Positions 52,054 through 62,981 are shown, counted from the first letter of the whole stretch. The stretch: DNA of 63,999 nt, filler included, from Planctomycetota bacterium (GCA_026991575.1; 7 parts of 7 records of this genome joined end to end with filler, not necessarily neighbours in it); one strand, 5' to 3'. The notes: generated from the sequence alone by a model not told the origin. A program made the numbers and translations.

Positions 52054-54403
52054 TGGCCATTATACCGGCCCTTGTACGAAGTCCACCATTCATAAAGCCA
52101 TGCCGCTTGGTATGGAAACCCGTTGTCCACAAGGTCGCCGATTAGGCCGTCCCAACCAGCTAGGCCGATGTACTCGTCGGCGGCAGCAATATCGCCCCTC
52201 ATGAGCGCGTCGACGAGCCCAGCGAAGTTGTCTGAGTTGGCTATCGTGTCTAGGGCGCTGATGCTGTCCCCAATCAGATTCTCGAACAGAATGCCTACGA
52301 TCGACCAGCCGCTGAGTCGCTTAAGCTCTCTCCACATCTGCTTGTGGAGTTTCTGAGCGGCCCGTTCGAGTTGCCGGATCTTGCTAGCTGTCTTACCAGA
52401 CTCTTTGTGCCGTCGGATTTCGGCACGTATATCCCAGTACCGGCTGAACAATGCCAGAAAGTCGGCACCTGTTCGGAGTTCTTGGACGAACCTTTCTGCG
52501 TCGTCGACCGTTTGTAGCCGTCCCTTCCTAACCGCCCGAGTCAACCTGACCTCAAGGCGCCAGAGGTACGCACGGTGCAGAATGTCGTAGCAGTGCCGCT
52601 TGTCGACTGGACCCGTGGTCGCGTTTAGCAGATAGTCGATCACCTCGTCGGGGACCTTGCCTAGGAGGTATTTCCGGATCAAGGATTGGCAAACGTAGTG
52701 GTGGCCCTGGGCGCGAGCCAGGCCGAGAGGGTCAGTCCATGCTAGTGGGTTATTGCGAACGTAGGCGTAGGGCAGCGGACCGTCGGAGAGGGCGATGGGA
52801 TCCGGGCTCGCGAAGCGTCCGGAGGCCGGGGATTGGACCCTCGCGCGCATCCCCCAGAGGACGCTCGCGCTGACCATCGGCCTTCCGGTGTAGCCAAAGC
52901 GGGACGTACTCGACCAGCCCCCTACGGGTAGGCCAAAGCTCTCGTAAGCTATGGTCTCGAGGATCGTGCCGACCGAATCCACCCAACCCCGGATGCTGCC
53001 GAGGTAGTCGGTGAGGTCGAAGGTGATTTCACCGAGGGCGTCTTCGCGGGCAAGGAGGGAGTCGATTGCCGCCGCGTAGAGGCGGCGCTCGGTGAGCTGC
53101 GGCGTGATGCCATCCGAAGTGTCCGCATCCGTAAAGTCGGCAATGGGGTTGGCCGCGAAGATCGCGCTTGAGTAGATGCCATCCACATACGGGGCAAGCC
53201 CGCCCTGGGCGATCTGCTCGGCCGTCGGAGGCTGGGCCAGGTCATGGAGCACAAACGTGAACCGCTCCGGCTCAGGGCCAGCCGGGCCGTCGGGGTCCTC
53301 GTAGAACGCGATCCGGCGGTTGAACGCATCGTAGACGTACGTCTCAGTCCACAGCACATTCCCCTGGCCATCCTTGTGCACCACCGACGTCAGCCGGTTG
53401 CGGTAGTCCCACGTGTACTCCGTTACCTCGCCGGTCACCGTGTTCGTCTTGCGAATGAGGTTGCCTTCGTTGTCGTACTCGTAGTCGTTGGTTCCGTCCG
53501 ACAGCAACCGGTTGTCCGCACCGGTCACATAGCCGGTCCCGTGCAGGTGCGACTCCGTTCGATTGCCATTGGGCGTGTAGCGGTAGTACTCGATCAGATT
53601 CCCTTGACCATCCCACACGTCCGTCAGCTGACCCTGTGGGTCGTACGCATACGTGCGCGTCCCTTCCGGGCCGCTGTACGCCACAATCTGACCGGCCGCA
53701 TCCCACGTGTAGGCGAAGTCTGCCAGCGGCGTCGCATTGCCCTGCGAATCCACGTAGTCGTGGTCAATTAGCGTCACCCGCGAGGCAGCATCATAGCTGT
53801 AGTTGGTGACGATCTGGGGATCCTGACCCCAGCCACCACCGGAGCCGGGCTCAAAGCGGACCATCCGCACCAGCCGGCTGGCCGCATCGTAGGCGAACTG
53901 CGCGGTGGCCTTCGGCGTGCCGCTGACCAGCAACTCCGCCTGTGTCATGCGCGAGAGGCTGTCATACTGGTACCGCCACTCGGTGCCGTAGTTGTCGGTG
54001 AGGCGGATGCGGTTGCCGGCATCGTCGTAGGTGTTGGTGAGCTGGATGGCCGGGTAGATCGAGGGGCTGCCGGTGTTGTCGAGGCTGATGATGCGGCCGG
54101 CGTCGTCGTAGGCAAGCGTGTAGGTCTGGTTCGGGTCGGAGACGCCGATCAACTGGTTGGCGGCATCCCAGGTGTAGTTGATCTGGAAGATGACGTGGCG
54201 CTGGCCGTCGAGCCACTTCTCTGCGGTGCGGCGGCCGTCGAGGTCGTAGTCGAACTCACGCCGCCGCCCGTTGCGATCGACGACGGCCGTCAGTTGACCG
54301 GCGGCATCGTGCTCGAAGAAGCGGCTCAGCCCCAGCGCGTTGATCTCTTCGATGACCCGATCCACGGCATCCAACCGCCACTGGGTCGTGTTCCCATCGG
54401 CAT
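52050..54403 (-). CDS. RHS/YD-repeat polymorphic toxin with GHH-type C-terminal domain (5'-partial)
   Basis: Many YD repeats; core end GRFASPDP...YAYVRNNP..WTDPLGL; C-terminal domain starts ARAQGHHYV. Confidence 0.93.
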
Positions 54404-54503
54404 NNNNNNNNNNNNNNNNNNNNNNNNNNNNNNNNNNNNNNNNNNNNTTAATTAATTAANNNNNNNNNNNNNNNNNNNNNNNNNNNNNNNNNNNNNNNNN
54501 NNN
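54404..54503. other. Artificial contig linker
   Basis: N run with TTAATTAATTAA. Confidence 0.99.
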
Positions 54504-55144
54504 TGCAGGAGTATCAGGTGACGGTCTCGGGCCAGACTTTCGAGCTGGACCAGCCGTTCCTGGTAATGGCCACCCAGAACCCGATCGAGCAGGAAGGGAC
54601 CTATCCGCTGCCCGAAGCGCAGCTGGACCGGTTCATGTTGTCGATCCACGTGACCTACCCGACGCGCGATGAAGAGCGGCAGATTGTCAAGACCACGACG
54701 CGGCCTCGGCACACGGACGTGCAGGTGGTACTGCGGAAGCGGGACATTCTGGCAATCCAGGAGCTGGTACGGCAGATTCCGGTGGCTGATCACGTCGTGG
54801 ACTATGCGGTCGATCTGGTGCGGGCAAGCCGACCCGGGACACCGGAGGCGCCGGATTTCGTGACCAACTGGTTGGCCTGGGGAGCCGGGCCACGCGCGAG
54901 CCAGTATCTAGTGTTGTGCGCCAAAGCCCGGGCCGTGCTGCACGGACGACCCACTCCGACGCCGGCCGATATCCGTGCATTGGCTCGGCCGGTGCTGCGC
55001 CATCGCATCTTCACAAACTTCAACGCCGATGCTGAGGGTGTGACGCCCGACGACATTGTCGAGCGCCTGCTGAAGACGGTGCCGGAACCGAGCTACGGCG
55101 AGCCGAGTCTGGAGCGGAGTGGCAAGCGGCGCGGAGCCGGTTAG
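54504..55144 (+). CDS. MoxR-family AAA ATPase (5'-partial)
   Basis: [29 protein letters not shown] and PVLRHRI motifs. Confidence 0.95.
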
Positions 55145-55216
55145 CTGCTGCGACAGGCGCGCGGAGGCGCCACAGGGTGCGCGCCCGGCGCGTTTCAGCG
55201 AAGAGAGAGGTGCGTC

Positions 55217-56023
55217 ATGTGTCACCAAGGAGCGAACCGTTGGTACTGGTGGCTGGTGATGGTGCTGCTGCTGCCGGCGGTGGCCGCCCCGCTGTGGGCT
55301 GGTGAGCTGAGCCTGGTGCTGGAGGGCGGTGAGCGGTTTGAGCTGGTCGGGCTGGTGCGCCGCTGGGATGAGCTCGGCCTGCCGCTACAGCGCGTTAACC
55401 CAAAAGCCCGCATCGATGCGCCGGAGCTGGCGGTGCGACTGGAACCGGTCAGCAGCGGACGTTATGTGGCACGGGACGTGCCCGACGGGGTTTATGACTT
55501 GTGCCTGGTGGACCGTCGGCGAGCGGCGCGACTGGAAGGGTTTCATTTCCCGCCGATCATCGACTTCGATCCGATCTGGCGCACTCCCCCTCGGCCCCCC
55601 GCCGAAGCGGTTACCTTCGTGTGCCGCTGGATCCAGAAGAGCCGCTTCTACGAGAACAAGGTGACGCCCCTGTGCGTGGCGGGCAATGACCGGGCTGTGC
55701 GTGTGTTCGTCCAGTTGTTGCGTGATGCGGGCACCACCTACGACGCCCAGTGTGGCGCGCCGGTCGCGACGTTACGCTACGAGTTCTGGCAGTTCACGAA
55801 CCGACTCGGTGTGTGGGACAAAGAGCGGCGCAATCGGGTTATCTACCGACTGATCCTACCGCGCGCCGAACTGGCCCGCTGGCAGTGGCTGTGGTGCCCA
55901 CGGCTGGGGGGGATCGAAGTAAAGGGAAAAGTCGAGCTCAAGTTGACGCTACCGTCTGCCACCGACCCGGACGTGGTCGGCCTGCTGTCCGGCCTCAAGC
56001 CGCTGGCCGTCCGTACCCCGTAG
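55217..56023 (+). CDS. Secreted hypothetical protein
   Basis: Signal-peptide-like N-terminus, GAGG RBS, coding-like codon use; no family recognised. Confidence 0.7.
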   Translation: MCHQGANRWYWWLVMVLLLPAVAAPLWAGELSLVLEGGERFELVGLVRRWDELGLPLQRVNPKARIDAPELAVRLEPVSSGRYVARDVPDGVYDLCLVDRRRAARLEGFHFPPIIDFDPIWRTPPRPPAEAVTFVCRWIQKSRFYENKVTPLCVAGNDRAVRVFVQLLRDAGTTYDAQCGAPVATLRYEFWQFTNRLGVWDKERRNRVIYRLILPRAELARWQWLWCPRLGGIEVKGKVELKLTLPSATDPDVVGLLSGLKPLAVRTP

Positions 56024-56053
56024 CCCTAAGTGCCAGCGGCGGGAAGCTGCTAT

Positions 56054-57061
56054 TCACCTGACCGTAAGGGGGCCGATCCAGCCGGAGAGCCAGAGCGTGA
56101 TGGCCGTGACCGTAACCAGCACCGCGGTTGTGATCAGACGCAGGGGGGTGCGGTAGTAGCCCAGGGTCAAGTCGTCCAGCTTCACGTAGGTAAGCAGGAC
56201 GACTCCGGCCGTGAACAGCAACGCCAGGATTCCGAATGCCCGGCTCCAGGCCTCACGTTGCCGCGCTCTGGCGATCCGGTCGACCACGGCGGCCCGCTTC
56301 CGTGGTGATAGCTCGACGAGCAGCCGGGCCTGGTACATGGTGCCGTAGTCTTTAGGGATTTCGGCCACGTAGATGTCGCGCACGAATTCCTCACGCACGT
56401 CCGCGACGCTGGGAACCGCTTCGGGCAGTCGGGGCAATGCGGTCGCGAGGTACCGGCGAATGACTCGTCTGGCTTCCGTGGCTGCGTCGGCAATCGCTTC
56501 ATCCGGTGTTGCCCACAGGCTTCCGGTAACGACCACAAATTCCGTGCGGCCCTCCTTCCAGGCAGTGCGCCCGACCCAACGGGGAACTGTCGCTTCAGCG
56601 GGTGCAGCTGGTGCCGGTGGTGCCGCGCGGGTAAAGGGGGGGCCATCTGCGGCAGAGGCCGTTGGCTGTTGCGAAGGCAGGGCTGGGGCTGTTGGCTGAG
56701 GGGCGCTCTGGGCAGGCTGCCCAGCTTGCGGCTCGGACCGAGGCGAACGAACGTCCGATTCCCCAACGGCGCCGGAGGCCGCTGCTGAGTCGGTCCCGGC
56801 CTGCATGGACTGCTCTGAAGCGGTCCGTTGCTTGCCGCCAGGTGTTGAACCGGCCTGCTCGGCCACCGCCGCCGGTCGGCCGGGCAAGGGCAGGCCGGTA
56901 GCCGTGGTGAGAAGGGCCGCGGTGGCCGTTACGCCGCACGCGCCCGGTTGCGCGCAGTCGGCGGGGGCCGCGGCTGAGCTGCTGGCCAGGGCAACGGCCC
57001 CGGCCGCCGAAGCGGCAATCCTCAGCAGCTTGCGGGCATGCCGATACAAAGGCATGGCCAT
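56054..57061 (-). CDS. Hypothetical membrane protein (signal peptide, Ala/Pro linker, two C-terminal TMs)
   Basis: C-terminal YGTMYQARLLVEL...YVKLDDLTLGYYRTPLR with TMs; co-oriented just downstream of the kinase. Confidence 0.7.
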   Translation of the reverse strand: MAMPLYRHARKLLRIAASAAGAVALASSSAAAPADCAQPGACGVTATAALLTTATGLPLPGRPAAVAEQAGSTPGGKQRTASEQSMQAGTDSAAASGAVGESDVRSPRSEPQAGQPAQSAPQPTAPALPSQQPTASAADGPPFTRAAPPAPAAPAEATVPRWVGRTAWKEGRTEFVVVTGSLWATPDEAIADAATEARRVIRRYLATALPRLPEAVPSVADVREEFVRDIYVAEIPKDYGTMYQARLLVELSPRKRAAVVDRIARARQREAWSRAFGILALLFTAGVVLLTYVKLDDLTLGYYRTPLRLITTAVLVTVTAITLWLSGWIGPLTVR

Positions 57062-57083
57062 CACTCCGTAGGGACGCGTTTCC

Positions 57084-58976
57084 TCATGGAACAGGGCGGA
57101 CAGCTCGGGCCCGCTCCGTCCACGGGCTAGCCAGTTGCACGGTCGTGGCCAGGGCGGCGAGCAGGCTTCCAGCAAACAGGATGGTTTCCTCCCGGTTGAG
57201 TCCCGGTAACCCCGCACGCACCACGTCGATCGAAGCTGCCGTCGCGGCACAGCCAATGGCGAATGCCGCGACGATCCAAAAGATGCGGAGGCGTTTGGTG
57301 CGGAACCGTGGCAGAAGGCGGTTCCAGGGCAACAACGCCAGGACGGCACTGGAGGCGATGGCCACCGGAAGCCCGATCCCCGGCAGGTGCGCTGCCCAGG
57401 GGTGGGGATTGTTGTATGGCCAGATACCGTAAAGCAGCAAGCCACTTCCCAGTCCAAGCGTGGCAAAGAGGAGCCGCGCGATGATCGTGTCCACGCGCAA
57501 TAGGGTGACGATGTGATGCAGAAGGATGACGGCCGCACCGGTGACGGCTAACCAGACGGTGACCACAGCAGCATCGGTCCAGCGCAAGTACAGGGCGAGC
57601 GTCAGCACGACGGCGGCGAGCAGGGAGAGGAAAGGCAGTGTCAACAGGCTGAAGCCGATGTCGAACAGCCGGGTCCGCCAGCCACTCTGTGCCGGGCGGG
57701 CGTAGTCGGCTTGGCCGGGGGCGGCAGCAGGTGGTGGTGTTGGCGGTTGAGCGGGTGCGGAGCCGACCGCCGGTCGGGCGACTGGGGCGGCCGACGGGCG
57801 CTGGCTTTCGGCGGCGGTGGTTGATGGTGTGGCAGCGACTCTGGCGGCGGGGGGGAGCAAGTGGCCACGGTTGTCGGGTTGGTTCTGCTGTCCGGAGCCC
57901 CAGCCGGCGTTTGCAAGGTAGATGCCGACCAGGGTCATGAACACGGCGAAGGCCATCCAGGTGCCCATCAGGCTGCCGGCGATGGGAAAGAGCAGGGCGA
58001 TGACCAGCGTGGTCAATGCGGCGCGGATGAAGATCTTCTCGATCGGTTGGCGTTGGTTGTTCTTGTCACCCAGAGGCGGGGGGACGTGTTTGAAGGCTTT
58101 CTCCAGAGCGTTTTTTGCGTGTGCGATGCCGCGGGCAACTTGATGGCGGCCCGGAGCGCGGTGTTCTTGTGGTTCGGCTTCGCCACGGATGGCTGCGCGG
58201 AAGTCGTCGAGGAATTCGTCCATGGACTGGTAGCGTTGTTGGGGGTCTTTTGCAAGTGCGTGTTGGAGGACGGGGACGAGCTGGTCGGGGATGCGGGAGT
58301 AATCGGGTTCTTTGGTGGCGATGCCCATGAGCACTTCGCCGACGCTTTCGCCGTCGAAGGGGCGTTTGCCGGTGAGCATTTCGTAGAGGATGATACCGAC
58401 GGCGAAGATATCGATGCTGTGGCCGTAGTGGCCGCTGCCGACTTCTGGGGCCATGTAGTGGACGGTGCCGATGGCGGTGGTATGGCCGCTTTGCTGGCTG
58501 GCGGTGATGTGTTTGGACAGGCCGTAGTCGCCGACTTTGACGACGCCTTCTTCCTGGAAGATGTTCTGTGGTTTCAGGTCGCGGTGGACGATGCCGTGGC
58601 GGTGGAGGTAGGCGACGGCCGAGGCGATGCCTTCGAACCAGTGGCGGGCTTCGTCGAGCGGCAGGCCGTCGGGGTGTTCTTCGAGCACGTCGGCCAGGCT
58701 CTTGCCGCTGATGTATTCCATGATGAGGAAGTAGTCGCCGTCGTCGTTGGAGCGGATATCGTAGATGTCGATGAGGTTAGGGTGTTTGAGGTTGAGGCAC
58801 TGGCGGACGCCGCGCAGTTCGACGTCGTAGCGGTCGGAGCGGATGACCTTGATGGCCACGTCCTTGCCGCCGTCGCTGCGCGCGTAGTAGACCTCGCCGA
58901 AGCCTCCGATGCCGACCCCTCGGATGACTGTGTAGCCGTCGATGGGCCGGTCCCCGTGCGAGAACCTGAAGCGCAT
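57084..58976 (-). CDS. Ser/Thr protein kinase with multi-TM C-terminus
   Basis: GIGGFGEVY, VAIK, HRDLKPQN, DYGLSK and GTVHYMAPE; several C-terminal TMs. Confidence 0.94.
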   Translation of the reverse strand: MRFRFSHGDRPIDGYTVIRGVGIGGFGEVYYARSDGGKDVAIKVIRSDRYDVELRGVRQCLNLKHPNLIDIYDIRSNDDGDYFLIMEYISGKSLADVLEEHPDGLPLDEARHWFEGIASAVAYLHRHGIVHRDLKPQNIFQEEGVVKVGDYGLSKHITASQQSGHTTAIGTVHYMAPEVGSGHYGHSIDIFAVGIILYEMLTGKRPFDGESVGEVLMGIATKEPDYSRIPDQLVPVLQHALAKDPQQRYQSMDEFLDDFRAAIRGEAEPQEHRAPGRHQVARGIAHAKNALEKAFKHVPPPLGDKNNQRQPIEKIFIRAALTTLVIALLFPIAGSLMGTWMAFAVFMTLVGIYLANAGWGSGQQNQPDNRGHLLPPAARVAATPSTTAAESQRPSAAPVARPAVGSAPAQPPTPPPAAAPGQADYARPAQSGWRTRLFDIGFSLLTLPFLSLLAAVVLTLALYLRWTDAAVVTVWLAVTGAAVILLHHIVTLLRVDTIIARLLFATLGLGSGLLLYGIWPYNNPHPWAAHLPGIGLPVAIASSAVLALLPWNRLLPRFRTKRLRIFWIVAAFAIGCAATAASIDVVRAGLPGLNREETILFAGSLLAALATTVQLASPWTERARAVRPVP

Positions 58977-59171
58977 GGCAGGGTATCCTCCGGCGGGCGA
59001 GGTCACGCCCGTGGCCGCGCGACGCGACTGGATGGCGATTGGTCCCGACTCTGCCACCATTGTAGCTTTTGCCCTGGACGACGCTGTAGTTGGTGTGTGG
59101 GTGTTTCTGAGGGTGATTTCGCACGGGGCGGCGGTTTCTTTGGCGGGTGTTGGTGGCGGGCGGTTGGGGGC

Positions 59172-59226
59172 TTGACGAGCGGGTTGGGGCCGGCTACCAT
59201 CAGATGAGACTGAAACTCAGTCTCAT
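59172..59226 (+). promoter_or_regulatory. Sigma70-type promoter with downstream operator palindrome
   Basis: TTGACG (59172-77), 17 bp, TACCAT (59195-200), then ATGAGACTGA-AAC-TCAGTCTCAT (59204-226). Confidence 0.78.
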
Positions 59227-59349
59227 TTATGCCGCCACTGGGACCAGGCGGCACGCGCGGCCGGCGCGGGACCGCTGGATGCGCGTGGCTCCAGCCACGC
59301 CGGCCCGCGCACCACCCCTTGTGCTCGTTGCTCACTCGGAGGCGTGGCA

Positions 59350-60510
59350 ATGAACCGGACCCGCTCGCGGCTGCGTCCAACCGCAGCCTTCCCGTCCCCC
59401 TCGTGCTCAAACCCCCACCCCGCGTTCACCCTCATCGAACTGCTGGTCGTCGTCATCATCATCGCCATCCTGGCAGCCCTGTTGCTGCCCGCCCTGGGCC
59501 AAGCACGCGCTCGGGCACGACAGGTCGCCTGCAAGAACAACCTGCGCCAAATCGGCATGGCCTGTCTGGCGTACGCCGATGCATGGAACGGCGTCTTCCC
59601 ACCATTCCGATGGAACGACAAGATCGCCGATGCCCCCAATCCAAGCAAACCCGGTTACGTCACGCTGGACATGGGCGGTGAACGGATCTACGTGGCGCAG
59701 CCCCGCTGGAACATCCTCATCGGTCCGTTCATCGAGGGGTCCATCGACACGGAGCAGTGGGACCCGGACGGGGACGGTTACGCTGACAAAGGCACCATCC
59801 CCGGTACCGACGACGATTACACCAGCTTCCAAAACCCCGTCTTCATCTGTCCCGACGCTGACGGGCTAAACACTTCCCGAAACAGCGCTTATGGGTACAA
59901 CTACCAGTTCCTTGGTAACACACGGCACTTCCGTGATCCGAGCGTTGACCGACGACTGCCCGTCGGGCATCCCGGCTACGGACCGCCCTGGGTGAACTTC
60001 CCGGTCACCGTCGCGCGCATCAAGGTCACGACCCGTACGGTCATGGTCGCCGACTCGCTCGGTACCGCCAGCGGCCTACCCGAGGAGCTTCGTCAGCCGT
60101 TCGTCGCGGCTATGAATCGCTGCGAGGCCGTCGGGAACCACGGCTACGCCCTGGACCCGCCCTTCCCGTGGTTCGTCAATGACAACGGCGCCCTCGAACT
60201 CGGCGCCCTCTCCTCGGGAGGCTGCAGCCCCGGCTTCGTCGGTGTCGCACCACGACACGTGGGCGGAACCGCCAACATCGTCTTCGTCGACGGCCACGTG
60301 GCGAGCATGACGCCAGAGGCGCTGGGCTACGTAGTCCGCGAGGACGGTTCCTACGCGTTCGACAACCTCAACGAACTGCTCACGCCCGATGCCCCAAGTA
60401 GCACGAACCCGCGGGCGATCCGTCGTAACCACTTGCGGGCAACGAACAAATGGTTCAGCGGGACGGGCGTGCATCGGTGGCTGCCCAAGCAGTGGCGTCG
60501 TCTCCCCTAG
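59350..60510 (+). CDS. DUF1559-type prepilin N-methylation protein with H-X9-DG motif
   Basis: [43 protein letters not shown] and [16 protein letters not shown]. Confidence 0.93.
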   Translation: MNRTRSRLRPTAAFPSPSCSNPHPAFTLIELLVVVIIIAILAALLLPALGQARARARQVACKNNLRQIGMACLAYADAWNGVFPPFRWNDKIADAPNPSKPGYVTLDMGGERIYVAQPRWNILIGPFIEGSIDTEQWDPDGDGYADKGTIPGTDDDYTSFQNPVFICPDADGLNTSRNSAYGYNYQFLGNTRHFRDPSVDRRLPVGHPGYGPPWVNFPVTVARIKVTTRTVMVADSLGTASGLPEELRQPFVAAMNRCEAVGNHGYALDPPFPWFVNDNGALELGALSSGGCSPGFVGVAPRHVGGTANIVFVDGHVASMTPEALGYVVREDGSYAFDNLNELLTPDAPSSTNPRAIRRNHLRATNKWFSGTGVHRWLPKQWRRLP

Positions 60511-60527
60511 CCCCGTGCACCCCTCCC

Positions 60528-60627
60528 NNNNNNNNNNNNNNNNNNNNNNNNNNNNNNNNNNNNNNNNNNNNTTAATTAATTAANNNNNNNNNNNNNNNNN
60601 NNNNNNNNNNNNNNNNNNNNNNNNNNN
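60528..60627. other. Artificial contig linker
   Basis: N run with TTAATTAATTAA. Confidence 0.99.
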
Positions 60628-62298
60628 CCTACCTGATCTGTCCCGGAGACCGGCCTGTTGTCCACGCAGGAATAACCAGGCACACTGGTGCTACCGTAGA
60701 CAGGATCCTGAGCGATGAACCGTCCTACGGCCGAGTCGTGACACCTGGCGCGCACAGCCCAGAGCTTGCTCACTCCGATGCACTCACGGCCAGTAAAGCC
60801 GAAACGTGCGTCGCTAGACCAGCCCCCTACAGGCAATCCGAAGCTTTCGTGGGCAATGGTTCGAAGCATCATCCCGCTTGTGTCCGCCCAGGCGCGGATA
60901 CTACCGAGATGGTCCGTCAGGTCGAAGGTGTTCTCGCCGGAGGTGTCCTCGCGGGCAAGCAGGGCATCCACCGCCTCGGCGTACAGACGCCGCTCAGTAA
61001 GCTGCGCCGTGATGCCGTCGGAAGTGTCCGGATCGGTGAAGTCCGCCAGCGGGTTCGCCGCGAAGATCGCGCTCGCGTAGATGCCGTCGACGTACGGGGC
61101 TAGGCCGCCCTGGGCGATCTGCTCGGCCGTCGGAGGCTGAGCCAGGTCGTGCAGCACAAACGTGAACCGCTCCGGCTCTGGGCCAGCCGGGCCGTCCGGG
61201 TCCTCGTAGAACGCAATCCGGCGGTTGAACGCGTCGTAGACGTACGTCTCAGTCCACAGCACATTGCCCTGGCTATCCTTGTGCACCACCGCCGTCAGCC
61301 GGTTGCGGTAGTCCCAGGTGTACTCCGTTACCTCGCCGGTCACCGTGTTCGTCTTGCGAATCAGGTTCCCTTCGTTGTCGTACTCGTAGTCATTGGTTCC
61401 ATCCGACAGCAACCGGTTGTCCGCACCGGTCACGTAGCCGGTCCCGTGCAGGTGCGACTCCGTTCGATTGCCATTGGGCGTGTAGCGGTAGTACTCGATC
61501 AGGTTCCCCTGACCATCCCACACGTCCGTCAGCTGACCCTGCGGGTCGTACGCATACGTGCGCGTCCCTTCCGGACCGCTGTACGCCACAATCTGACCGG
61601 CCGCATCCCACGTGTAGGCGAAGTCCGCCAGCGGCGTCGCATTGCCCTGCGAATCCACGTAGTCATGGTCAATCAGCGTCACCCGCGAGGCGGCGTCATA
61701 GCTGTAGCTGGTGACGATCTGTGGATCCTGACCCCAGTCACCACCGGAGCCGGGCTCAAAGCGGACCATCCGCACCAGCCGGCTGGCCGCATCGTAGGCG
61801 AACTGCGCGGCTGCCTTCGGCATGCCGCTGACCACCAACTCCGCCTGCGTCATCCGCGACAGCTTGTCGTACTGGTACCGCCACTCGGTGCCGTAGTTGT
61901 CGGTGAGGCGGATGCGGTTGCCGGCATCGTCGTAGGTGTTGGTGAGCTGGATGACCGGGTAGATGGAGGGGCTGCCGGTGTTGTCAAGGCTGACGATGCG
62001 GCCTGCATCGTCATAGGCAAGCGTGTAGGTCTGGTTCGGGTCGGAGACGCCGATCAACTGGTTGGCGGCGTCCCAGGTGTAGTTGATCTGGAAGATGATC
62101 TGGCCCTGGCCGTCGAGCCACTTCTCCGCGGTGCGGCGGCCGTCGAGGTCGTAGTCGAACTCACGAGGTCGCCCGTTGCGGTCGACAACGGCCGTTAGTT
62201 GTCCGGCGGCATCGTGCTCGAAGAAGCGGCTCAGCCCCAGCGCGTTGATCTCTTCGATGACCCGATCCACGGCATCCAACCGCCACTGGGTCGTGTTC
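60628..62298 (-). CDS. Second RHS/YD-repeat protein core (partial at both ends), paralogue of 52050-54403
   Basis: Nearly identical YD-repeat translation; the core ends GRFIAQDP...TDQVG at the contig edge. Confidence 0.92.
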
Positions 62299-62398
62299 NN
62301 NNNNNNNNNNNNNNNNNNNNNNNNNNNNNNNNNNNNNNNNNNTTAATTAATTAANNNNNNNNNNNNNNNNNNNNNNNNNNNNNNNNNNNNNNNNNNNN
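62299..62398. other. Artificial contig linker
   Basis: N run with TTAATTAATTAA. Confidence 0.99.
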
Positions 62399-62456
62399 TC
62401 TGGAGGGGATCGGAATCGAGCTGCGCATGCAGCGCGAGCCGGGGTGAGGGGTGGGG

Positions 62457-62850
62457 TGAAGGGATCCCGTTTCCGTCGACTGTTCACCGTGCGGAGATCA
62501 CACCCCTTCACGCGCTCTGCATGACACTACTCGAAGCCTACCGGCGGACGATGCCCGAGCGGCGGACGCCTCTCCGGCGCCGGAGCAGCGGCAGCTTCCA
62601 GTGCTCGGCTCTCGTCAGCCCGTCCCGGCACCGCCCCGTATCCCGCTCGGCCTGCTTCACCCAATTGCGGACCGTCTCCGCCGAAGGCGCACATTAGCGC
62701 GCCGGCACCTCCGGGCTGCGTCCCGCCAGAGCGGCTCCATCATCTGCCGGCGGAACTCCGCCGGGCACGATCCGCTACCCTTTGCCATCGCAGGCACCTC
62801 CTTCGTTTTATCCCAAAGAATTAGGTGGCCACGAAAGCGGGCCGGCTCCA
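62457..62850 (-). mobile_element. Internally deleted, decayed IS3-family element
   Basis: TG...CA imperfect terminal IRs; OrfA remnant PAEFRRQM...SAETVRNWVKQAERD...DGLT with a frameshift and a stop; OrfB tail LGHRPPVGFE*. Confidence 0.75.
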
Positions 62851-62981
62851 CCCTCCATGGTCTCCGCTCCCATGGGGTGAGTGCCTGGCCGTCTTTGGGC
62901 GCTGACTCGCAGGGCTGCTCGCCCCATGGGCCGCGGCTCCACTCCGGCTCCAGTTTGCTTCCTTCTGCATCTGAGCTTGCA

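Noticed and set aside
52719..53100. Diversity-generating retroelement explanation for the divergence between the two RHS core ends
   Set aside because: Differences involve all four bases and many synonymous sites rather than being adenine-specific, and no reverse transcriptase is present in the window.
57861..59207. Long antisense ORFs (for example 57861-59207, 45399-46502, 61149-62198, 38884-39918)
   Set aside because: Shadow frames of well-supported genes on the opposite strand, common in high-GC DNA.
23303..62398. Six recurring TTAATTAATTAA motifs in N runs
   Set aside because: Artificial 100-bp contig linkers. ORFs running into them, and gene adjacency across them, are not biological.
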